Shown here: positions 56,731 to 64,000 of the stretch, piece by piece
Numbering within the stretch: position 1 is the first letter of the stretch
How the letters are laid out: every line of letters begins with the position of its first letter
DNA from: a virus
IMG/VR virus record: IMGVR_UViG_3300027833_000016
Length of the DNA: 64,000 nucleotides
Strand: one strand, 5' to 3'
Notes under the pieces: generated by a model
Database searches by the model: none
Seen by the model: the letters and a program-made list of their open reading frames with translations, nothing else
Told to the model about the DNA's origin: nothing
Translations under genes and position numbers: made by a program

Positions 56731-58327
56731 AGACTCATATCTCGGCAACCCTCAAGTAAAGAGAGATGGGGTCGAAGAACAGTGGGACAAACATAAGTTA
56801 AGAGAATATCAAAAATGCATGAACGACCCTGTATACTTTTGCAAGACCTATGTGAAGGTGATACATCTTGATCGCGGTCTGGTGCATTTCGATCTATACC
56901 CATATCAAGAAGATATGTTCAAGCACTTTGACGAGAATAGGTTCTCTATTGTCCTTGCTTGTCGGCAGTCTGGTAAGTCTATTAGTAGTGTGGGTTATCT
57001 ACTATGGTACGCACTCTTCAACCCAGAGAAAACAATCGCAATCCTCGCAAACAAAGGTGCCACTGCACGAGAGATGCTTGCGCGAGTTACGCTCATGTTG
57101 GAGAACCTTCCGTTCTTCCTTCAACCGGGATGCAAAGCACTCAACAAAGGATCAATCGAATTTAGTAATAACTCTAGAATTATTGCCGCGGCTACTTCTG
57201 GTTCTTCTATTCGTGGTATGTCTGTTAATCTACTCTTTCTTGATGAGTTTGCTTTTGTTGAAAAGGCTGCTGAGTTCTATACTTCAACGTATCCGGTTGT
57301 CTCTTCGGGTGTTGATACAAAGGTAATCATTACCTCTACTGCTAATGGCGTGGGTAATCAGTTCGAGAAGATCTGGACAGGTGCCGTACAAGGTGTCAAT
57401 GAATACAAACCATTCCGTGTGGACTGGTGGGATGTTCCCGGACGTGACGATGAATGGAAGAAGCAAACTATTGCTAACACATCTTCATTGCAGTTCGATC
57501 AAGAATTTGGTAATACCTTCTTTGGTACTGGAGATACCCTGATCAATGCAGAGACACTGATGGGTTTACGCGGTCAGGCACCTCATCTTGTTTTAGAGTC
57601 GGGTGACTGTTTAATCTATAGCGAACCACAACCCGAACATGAATATATTATGACGGTAGATGTGAGTAAGGGAAGAGGGCAGGATTATTCGACATTTAAT
57701 GTCATAGATATTTCCGAAAGACCGTTCAAACAAGTTGCGGTCTATAGAAACAATAGTATCTCTCCATTGCTCTTTCCTAATATTATATATAAGTATGCGA
57801 ATCTCTACAATGAGGCATGGGTAGTAGTTGAGGCAAATGATCAAGGTGGTGTGGTCTGTAATGGATTATACTACGAACTAGAGTATGAGAACCTCCATGT
57901 ATCCAGTGCAACTAAGGCAAACGCACTAGGCATTGAGATGAACCGCAAGGTTAAGAGATTGGGTTGTTCTGCTATCAAAGATATCATCGAAGAGCAGAAA
58001 CTACAAGTCTATGACGAGAACACCATACTAGAGATGTCTACCTTCGTGGGTAAAGGTCAGTCATACGAAGCATCTGATAACAACCATGATGACTTGATGA
58101 TGAACCTAGTGATGTTTGGTTACTTTGTGTCCACTCAGTTCTTTGCAGACATGACAGACATCAACCTTAAACAAATGATGTTCCAAGAGAGAACACAAGC
58201 AATCAGCGATGACGTGGTTCCCTTCGGATTTATAGATGACGGATCTTCCTATATAGAAGAGACAGATAATACTTGGCAAGGTGGATGGCACGATATAGGC
58301 GATACCACAGGTGACCGCGATTGGTAA
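56714..58327 (+). CDS. gp17: terminase large subunit gp17
   Basis: YLGNP, RQSGKS Walker A, LFLDEFAF Walker B, ITSTANG, DVSKGRGQDYS and HDDL motifs. Confidence 0.97.
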   Translation: MTIQTKDSYLGNPQVKRDGVEEQWDKHKLREYQKCMNDPVYFCKTYVKVIHLDRGLVHFDLYPYQEDMFKHFDENRFSIVLACRQSGKSISSVGYLLWYALFNPEKTIAILANKGATAREMLARVTLMLENLPFFLQPGCKALNKGSIEFSNNSRIIAAATSGSSIRGMSVNLLFLDEFAFVEKAAEFYTSTYPVVSSGVDTKVIITSTANGVGNQFEKIWTGAVQGVNEYKPFRVDWWDVPGRDDEWKKQTIANTSSLQFDQEFGNTFFGTGDTLINAETLMGLRGQAPHLVLESGDCLIYSEPQPEHEYIMTVDVSKGRGQDYSTFNVIDISERPFKQVAVYRNNSISPLLFPNIIYKYANLYNEAWVVVEANDQGGVVCNGLYYELEYENLHVSSATKANALGIEMNRKVKRLGCSAIKDIIEEQKLQVYDENTILEMSTFVGKGQSYEASDNNHDDLMMNLVMFGYFVSTQFFADMTDINLKQMMFQERTQAISDDVVPFGFIDDGSSYIEETDNTWQGGWHDIGDTTGDRDW

Positions 58328-58340
58328 TTAAAGGAATATT

Positions 58341-59000
58341 ATGAGAAATATTATACTACAACACTTCACAGGCAAACTAAGACCACTAGATAAACTCTCT
58401 GTAGAAAACATCTCCGCATATGCTGAACGCATAGGTGTCGAGTATCAGTTCGTGGAAGGTCAGGTCTTTAGGGAACATCTTACACCCCCCTGTCAGAAAG
58501 TACATATCCTAGATGAGAAGTGGGACGAATACGATGACGTATTGATGTTGGACATTGATATGTTTGTTACAAAGAACCTCAGACTCAATGTCTTTAAGGC
58601 AGAAGGAGTAGGGTTCGCGGCAGGTGTAGTACAGAGAGGTCTAAAGAGAAAACTTATAAATGAAGGTCGCATTGATGAGAACACTGGTTACTGGGGTGGA
58701 GCATTTTATAAACTGACTCGCGAACAGAGACAGAAACTTCGGTCTGCAATCCCAGACAATGATGAGTGGATGGATAGATACAATCAACCTTACAAGTATG
58801 AGGATGAGGGTATTATATCAGAGTTGTTCTATAGAAGCAAGTGTGAATGGAAAGATGCTGATCCTATGTGGCAACAAGATAGTTATCTACCTAACCACCA
58901 AGCAGGGATGATTCATGTCCGTACCAAGATAACACCCGAAGGGCCAAAGCGAGAGAAGATAGAGAACTACTATAGTATGCACATGGCAGGAATTCTTTGA
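58341..59000 (+). CDS. GT-A-type glycosyltransferase-like protein
   Basis: NIILQHF, YA..IG.EY, QK, YDDVLMLDIDM (DxD) and DEG motifs. Confidence 0.65.
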   Translation: MRNIILQHFTGKLRPLDKLSVENISAYAERIGVEYQFVEGQVFREHLTPPCQKVHILDEKWDEYDDVLMLDIDMFVTKNLRLNVFKAEGVGFAAGVVQRGLKRKLINEGRIDENTGYWGGAFYKLTREQRQKLRSAIPDNDEWMDRYNQPYKYEDEGIISELFYRSKCEWKDADPMWQQDSYLPNHQAGMIHVRTKITPEGPKREKIENYYSMHMAGIL

Positions 59001-59737
59001 ACATAATACTACAACACTTTGCAGGTACAATGCCAGAGTGGGCAAACCAAGCAGAGAAGACGATGCGCAAGTATGCCCATGCCACAGGCGCAGAGTATGA
59101 ACTAGTCCTTGACTTTCCTATGGGAGAGGAGTTGGGGTTCACACCACAGAAACTTTGTATGCTTCAAGAGAAGTATGACAAGTACGATCAAGTGTGTATG
59201 ATTGATATGGACACTATTGCCACACCCGAACATGAAAGTTTCTGGGACAGACCAGAGATTGGTGTACTACATGACAGGGCAATGGGTGGACATAATGCAC
59301 TCAATGCCGTGACAGGAGAACCACACCGTAGTAGAACATACAATGCCGCACCTGCATTATACAAAGAAGGGGCGCATATATTCTTTGGTAACTGGATCAA
59401 GTTGAACCGTGAACAGAGAGTAGAGTTAAGAAAACACTGGGATCATAACTTGTTTGTATTGTCGCTCAAGGATAAACATCCCGGAGATGAGATCATCCTA
59501 CACTACCTCCTACATAGATCAGGTATACTTGACGGCAAGACTGTCGAAGAGATCTGTATGCGATGCGAGGGAGATGACCTTTCTAAACTAAAGTTTCGAG
59601 AGCATGACAGACACGACAAGAAGTTCTGCAACCAACCCGAAGACTCACTACCTAATGCCTCTATCATGCACTTCTGCGCAGGTAGGAAACGAAATATTAT
59701 ACCAACAATCAGACAAATGTATCCAGAGGGAATATGA
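58997..59737 (+). CDS. GT-A-type glycosyltransferase-like protein (paralog of 58341..59000)
   Basis: NIILQHF, YA...GAEY, QKL, YDQVCMIDMD, DE and HFC motifs. Confidence 0.65.
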   Translation: MNIILQHFAGTMPEWANQAEKTMRKYAHATGAEYELVLDFPMGEELGFTPQKLCMLQEKYDKYDQVCMIDMDTIATPEHESFWDRPEIGVLHDRAMGGHNALNAVTGEPHRSRTYNAAPALYKEGAHIFFGNWIKLNREQRVELRKHWDHNLFVLSLKDKHPGDEIILHYLLHRSGILDGKTVEEICMRCEGDDLSKLKFREHDRHDKKFCNQPEDSLPNASIMHFCAGRKRNIIPTIRQMYPEGI

Positions 59738-60105
59738 GTGACGATCTATTAATACCCAAAGATAAGATAGACCCTAAGTACCTAGAAGAGAACGGAGACC
59801 TCTGGACAGAAGATAAACTAGAGGAGTATGCCAAGAAACATAGTCATGGTGTGGCGAACAGACCTCGTGGCAACTATACTATATGCGACATACACCGATT
59901 AATATATCACAAGATCTTATCTAAACCAGAGACTCTGGTAGAGAAAGATGTTCAGGCAGAAGTAATACAACTACTAGAGCAAGCGTTTGTGATTGCTAAG
60001 AAGACCGATGCTCGACTGAGGATGTATAAACACGACTTTGATGAGGGTTGGTGGGAAGAAGAGAAGAAGAAACATGAGGACTGGATGAAGGAGTTGAGGA
60101 AATAA
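59734..60105 (+). CDS. hypothetical protein
   Basis: ATGA-coupled; TICDIHR.IY and AKK.DARL..YK motifs. Confidence 0.75.
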   Translation: MSDDLLIPKDKIDPKYLEENGDLWTEDKLEEYAKKHSHGVANRPRGNYTICDIHRLIYHKILSKPETLVEKDVQAEVIQLLEQAFVIAKKTDARLRMYKHDFDEGWWEEEKKKHEDWMKELRK

Positions 60106-60133
60106 GTACGCTTATTCTGTAAATAACAATTCT

Positions 60134-60141
60134 TATAAATA
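60134..60141 (+). promoter_or_regulatory. late promoter TATAAATA for gp18
   Basis: Exact consensus. Confidence 0.8.
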
Positions 60142-60207
60142 AAACTATTGAACATAAACGTATTATGATAACCGTATTATTCGTTAACGAAACTAAAGGA
60201 AAATGTT

Positions 60208-62004
60208 ATGGCTGTTAAACCATCATCTCCTGCAATCAATATCAGTGAAATCGACAAAACGGCAATCGTGCCCGCAGTTGGTTCTTCTGGTGGTGGATTC
60301 GTAGGAAACTTCCGTTGGGGCCCCGTACACCAAAGAACACTAATTGCTGATGAAACAGGATTAGTTAGTACTTTTGCGGCACCTGACGACGCGAACTCGG
60401 TAGATTTTCACTCTGCCGCGTACTTTCTTAAATACTCACAAACACTACAAGTCGTTCGAGAGAACAACGGTGGATCTAACGCACACAGTGCATTAGTACC
60501 ATTGACCTCTGACTCTGCTACTGTGAACAACCTTTCTCATTGGACGAACACTGTATCGTCTGCTGTCGGTGAAGGTGGATCAAAGATCTCTACTGGTACT
60601 TGGGTTGCAAAATATCCCGGAGAATTAGGTAATGCATTGACAGTATCTTACTGTCCCGCAGGAGATTCCGCAAGTGCCGATCACTTTACAGGTTGGGGAT
60701 ATGCTTCTCAGTTTGATGGAAAACCGGGAACTTCTTCTTACGCAACTTCAAATGGCGCATCTAACGATGAAGTCCACGTTGCTGTAATTGACCGTACTGG
60801 TGCTATCTCTGGAACTCCCGGATCTGTACTAGAGAAGTTTGAATACCTCTCTGTTGCTAAAGGTGCTACGACTTCTGATAATTCACCTAACTATATCTCA
60901 GACGTATTGAATGGACAATCTCAATATATCTGGAATGGTTACTTCGGTGATGACTCTGCATTCGGTGCTTCTTATAGTAACCTTGGTAGCAACTGGGGAA
61001 ATACTCCAGTAGTCGGTACCGCAACTAACTTCGGTTTAAGTACCGCACTTAGTGATGCTATGCGTACCAACAACCTTGGTTCTGGCGACGAAAGTGCCGC
61101 ATTAGGTACTGGAGATCTACAGGGTGGTTATGATCTGTTTGAAGATAAACTTCAGACTGAAATTGACTTCTTGATTGCTCCACAACATGGTTCTGCCGGA
61201 GACGGTGCAACTGTTGTGAATGATCTAGTATCAATCGCAGAAGCAAGAAAAGACTGTGTAGTAGTAACATCTGTCGATAAGACAGGTATCGTGGGTAAGA
61301 CAGATGCACAAGCAACAACTAATGCTGTAACATTTGCTAACTCGTTAACGAAGTCATCTTACTTAATCTTAGACAACAACTTTATTAAAGTCTTCGATAA
61401 GTATAATGACAAATATATCAACCTCCCTGCCGCGTCAAGCACCGCAGGACTAATGGCGGCAACTGATATTATTGCTGATCCTTGGTATTCACCCGCAGGT
61501 CAAAGGCGTGGTAACTATCGTGGTATCACTGATATCCTCACTAACCCCAACCAGACTCAACGTGACTCACTATATAAAGCAGGTGTTAACCCTATCGCGA
61601 ACATTCCCGGTACTGGTTTGATCTTGTTTGGTGATAAGACTCTTCTGGGTAGACCTTCTGCCTTTGACCGTATCAACGTGCGTAGATTGTTTATCGCAAT
61701 TGAGAAGTCTATTGGAGAAGCGGCAAAGTCTGTAATGTTTGAATTCAACGACGAGTTTACTCGTGCAGAGTTCGTGAACATTGTAGAACCCTTCTTGCGT
61801 AGAGTTAAAGGTCGTAGAGGTATAACTGACTTCCGTGTAGTTTGTGATGAAACAAACAACAATCAGGAAGTTGTGGACAATAACCAATTCGTAGCGTCAA
61901 TCTTCGTCAAACCTGCACGTTCTATCAACTTTGTTCAATTGAACTTTGTTGCTGTTAGAACAGGTGTGGACTTTGAAGAAGTTGTCGGTTCGGTAGGAGC
62001 ATAA
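60208..62004 (+). CDS. gp18: tail sheath protein gp18
   Basis: SP.I...EID.T, F.WGP, WYSPAG..RG, FGDKT, SAFDRINVRRLF and KPARSINF..LNFVA motifs. Confidence 0.97.
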   Translation: MAVKPSSPAINISEIDKTAIVPAVGSSGGGFVGNFRWGPVHQRTLIADETGLVSTFAAPDDANSVDFHSAAYFLKYSQTLQVVRENNGGSNAHSALVPLTSDSATVNNLSHWTNTVSSAVGEGGSKISTGTWVAKYPGELGNALTVSYCPAGDSASADHFTGWGYASQFDGKPGTSSYATSNGASNDEVHVAVIDRTGAISGTPGSVLEKFEYLSVAKGATTSDNSPNYISDVLNGQSQYIWNGYFGDDSAFGASYSNLGSNWGNTPVVGTATNFGLSTALSDAMRTNNLGSGDESAALGTGDLQGGYDLFEDKLQTEIDFLIAPQHGSAGDGATVVNDLVSIAEARKDCVVVTSVDKTGIVGKTDAQATTNAVTFANSLTKSSYLILDNNFIKVFDKYNDKYINLPAASSTAGLMAATDIIADPWYSPAGQRRGNYRGITDILTNPNQTQRDSLYKAGVNPIANIPGTGLILFGDKTLLGRPSAFDRINVRRLFIAIEKSIGEAAKSVMFEFNDEFTRAEFVNIVEPFLRRVKGRRGITDFRVVCDETNNNQEVVDNNQFVASIFVKPARSINFVQLNFVAVRTGVDFEEVVGSVGA

Positions 62005-62007
62005 GAC

Positions 62008-62538
62008 ATGGCGATTTTAGGTGTAGATGACTTCAAGTCAAAACTAAAAGGTGGTGGTGCCCGTCCTAACCTCTTTAACTGTAAAGTTAACTTTCCTGCC
62101 TTTGCTATCGGTGATGCTGAATTAACATCATTTATGGCAAAAGGTGCGCAGTTACCTGCTTCCGTAATCAACCCAATCGTTGTTCCATTCCGTGGGCGAC
62201 AGTTGAAGATTGCAGGAGACCGAACTTTTGAAGATTGGACTGTAACTATTATAAATGATACTGGATTCGAAATTCGTGACGCTATGGAACGATGGATGAA
62301 TGGTATCAATTCACACAACGCAAACACTGGTTTCAACGATCCTGCTGAATACCAAACTGACCTTGCTGTTGAGCAACTGGACAAAGATGGACAGAAGTTG
62401 AAAGTATATCACTTCCGTTCTTGTTTCCCAGTCAACATCTCAGCAATTGACTTGAACTATGATACTGTCGATACTATCGAAGAGTTTCAGGTAACGTTCA
62501 ACGTTCAATACTGGGAAGCAGATGGCGTAACTTCATAG
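62008..62538 (+). CDS. gp19: tail tube protein gp19
   Basis: GGGARPNLF, VPFRGRQLK.AGDRTF..WT.TI.ND and IEEF.V motifs. Confidence 0.96.
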   Translation: MAILGVDDFKSKLKGGGARPNLFNCKVNFPAFAIGDAELTSFMAKGAQLPASVINPIVVPFRGRQLKIAGDRTFEDWTVTIINDTGFEIRDAMERWMNGINSHNANTGFNDPAEYQTDLAVEQLDKDGQKLKVYHFRSCFPVNISAIDLNYDTVDTIEEFQVTFNVQYWEADGVTS

Positions 62539-62559
62539 TTACGACAGGACTAAATATAT

Positions 62560-62586
62560 GCGAAGGGGGGACTTTCTCCCCTTCGT
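62560..62586 (+). promoter_or_regulatory. GC-rich hairpin in the gp20 leader, after a late-like ACTAAATA box (62549-62556)
   Basis: CGAAGGGGG...CCCCTTCG stem. Confidence 0.55.
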
Positions 62587-62607
62587 ACTATATCTAAAGG
62601 ATAGGAA

Positions 62608-64000
62608 ATGGCAGACGATAACAACAACATTATTAAACTATTCGGTTTCGAACTTTCTCGTACTAAGAAGAGAGAGCAAGGAAAAGAAAATGATAAACTT
62701 CCCAGTATCGTTCCGAAGACGGATGACGATGGGGCAGGATATGTTACCGCGTCTGGTTCACACTACGGACAGTACATTGATATCAATGGTGACAATGCGA
62801 AGGATAACGCAGAACTCATTATGAAGTATCGCGGAGTTGCTCAACATCCCGAAGTGGATGCGGCAATCGAAGACATAGTGAACGAGAGTATCTCTGGTTC
62901 AGAGAACGAATCACCGGTTACGATCAACCTAGATGGTGTTGAAACATCTGATAAGATCAAGAAATTAATTAATGAAGAGTTCGATAATGTCACAAGTATG
63001 TTGAACTTTTCAGATCTAGGACATGATATATTCAGGTCTTGGTATGTGGATGGACGATTAGTTCACCACTTAATTGTTAACGAATCTAACCTCAAGGCAG
63101 GTATCCAAGAGATACGTCCTATTGATGCTGTTAAGGTTCGCAAAGTTAAAGAAGTTAAGTATAAGAAAGACGATAAGACTGGTGCAAAGATTGTAGACAA
63201 GACAGAAGAGTTCTATGTCTTCCAAGAGAAGAACCAGACTCAGAGTGCAGTCAAGTTAACACCAGACTCCGTGTCGTATGTTACCTCTGGTATCACTGAC
63301 CCGACTAAGAAACGTGTCGTATCTTTCTTACACAAAGCAATCAAACCTATCAACCAACTGCGTATGATGGAAGACAGTCTAGTAATATACAGACTTGCTC
63401 GTGCGCCCGAACGTAGAATCTTTTACATAGACGTGGGTAACCTTCCTGCTAACAAAGCAGAGCAACACATGAAGGAGATCCAGACTCGTTATCGTAACAA
63501 GTTAGTATACGATGCAAGTACTGGTAACCTCAAAGATGATCGTAAACATATGTCTATGCTCGAAGACTTCTGGTTACCTCGTAGAGAAGGTGGTCGTGGT
63601 ACTGAGATCAGCACACTTCCCGGTGGTGAGAACCTTGGGCAGATTGATGACATTGTATACTTCCAGAAGAGATTGTATCGTTCATTGAACGTGCCTATTG
63701 GTAGGTTGGAGCAGGAATCACAGTTCAGTCTAGGAAGATCTACAGAGATCTCTAGAGATGAAGTGAAGTTCCAGAAGTTTATTGACCGTCTGAGACGTAG
63801 GTTCTCTGGACTGTTCACAACTATCTTGAAGAAGCAGTTGATCCTTAAACAGATCATCACCCCCGAAGACTGGGAGCAATTCAAGAACGACATACAGATT
63901 GACTTTGTTAGAGATAATCACTTTACAGAGTTGAAAGATTCTGAGATACTTAGAGAAAGACTAAGTACTATGGATCAGTTATCACAATACGTTGGAGAGT
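62608..64000 (+). CDS. gp20: portal protein gp20 (partial, runs off the window)
   Basis: Read by eye: LFGF, HPEVDAAIEDIVNE, WYVDGR, LHKAIKPINQLRMMEDSLVIYRLARAPERRIFYIDVGNLP and EDFWLPRREGGRGTEI. Confidence 0.97.
   Translation, partial: MADDNNNIIKLFGFELSRTKKREQGKENDKLPSIVPKTDDDGAGYVTASGSHYGQYIDINGDNAKDNAELIMKYRGVAQHPEVDAAIEDIVNESISGSENESPVTINLDGVETSDKIKKLINEEFDNVTSMLNFSDLGHDIFRSWYVDGRLVHHLIVNESNLKAGIQEIRPIDAVKVRKVKEVKYKKDDKTGAKIVDKTEEFYVFQEKNQTQSAVKLTPDSVSYVTSGITDPTKKRVVSFLHKAIKPINQLRMMEDSLVIYRLARAPERRIFYIDVGNLPANKAEQHMKEIQTRYRNKLVYDASTGNLKDDRKHMSMLEDFWLPRREGGRGTEISTLPGGENLGQIDDIVYFQKRLYRSLNVPIGRLEQESQFSLGRSTEISRDEVKFQKFIDRLRRRFSGLFTTILKKQLILKQIITPEDWEQFKNDIQIDFVRDNHFTELKDSEILRERLSTMDQLSQYVGE

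Noticed and set aside
62558-62824. 88-aa ORF from the track
   Set aside because: The real gene is portal gp20, starting at 62608 in another frame and running off the window.
1-64000. Stop-codon reassignment, introns, inteins or homing endonucleases
   Set aside because: Core genes such as gp17, gp18, gp20 and gp32 are uninterrupted under the standard code, all three stops are used, and no HNH/GIY-YIG/LAGLIDADG ORFs were recognised.

Overview
This window is part of a T4-like (myovirus) bacteriophage genome, probably marine and infecting a proteobacterium (inferred from its IscU/IscA, beta-barrel, 2OG-Fe oxygenase and glycosyltransferase genes). Positions 1-9.6 kb hold small accessory genes (probable spanin fragment, SNase nuclease, zeta-toxin-like kinase, IscA, PhyH dioxygenase, pyrimidine-dimer glycosylase-like protein) plus gp33 and gp32. 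Positions 9.8-15 kb are a minus-strand late operon (gp4, gp2, gp54-like, gp26/gp51, gp29-like tape measure, IscU). Positions 15-64 kb are the plus-strand morphogenesis cluster (gp48, gp53, hub, split gp5, gp25, gp6, gp7, gp9-like, gp8, a DUF4815-type giant protein, fibre genes, gp13-gp17, gp18, gp19, partial gp20), with many TATAAATA late promoters. The most striking feature is a pair of paralogous R/Y/G/T/N-rich genes at 38.6-46.8 kb. In the larger one, about 1,340 residues of 4- and 6-residue units are mirror-complementary around a single GGKGG turn (xRxR/xRxS opposite xG[NDE]Y, xSxY opposite xRxF, TxTGTY opposite xRTLYY) in a constant register (i+j=1867). This suggests a giant self-pairing beta-hairpin fibre with a base-pair-like code. 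It is followed by a glycosyltransferase and a 2OG-Fe-like oxygenase. Also seen: D-S-[A/D/S/G] enrichment across virion proteins, a likely -1 frameshift upstream of the tape-measure gene, and avoidance of GCWGC, CCWGG and GGWCC sites. All family assignments come from recognising motifs by eye, with no database search.
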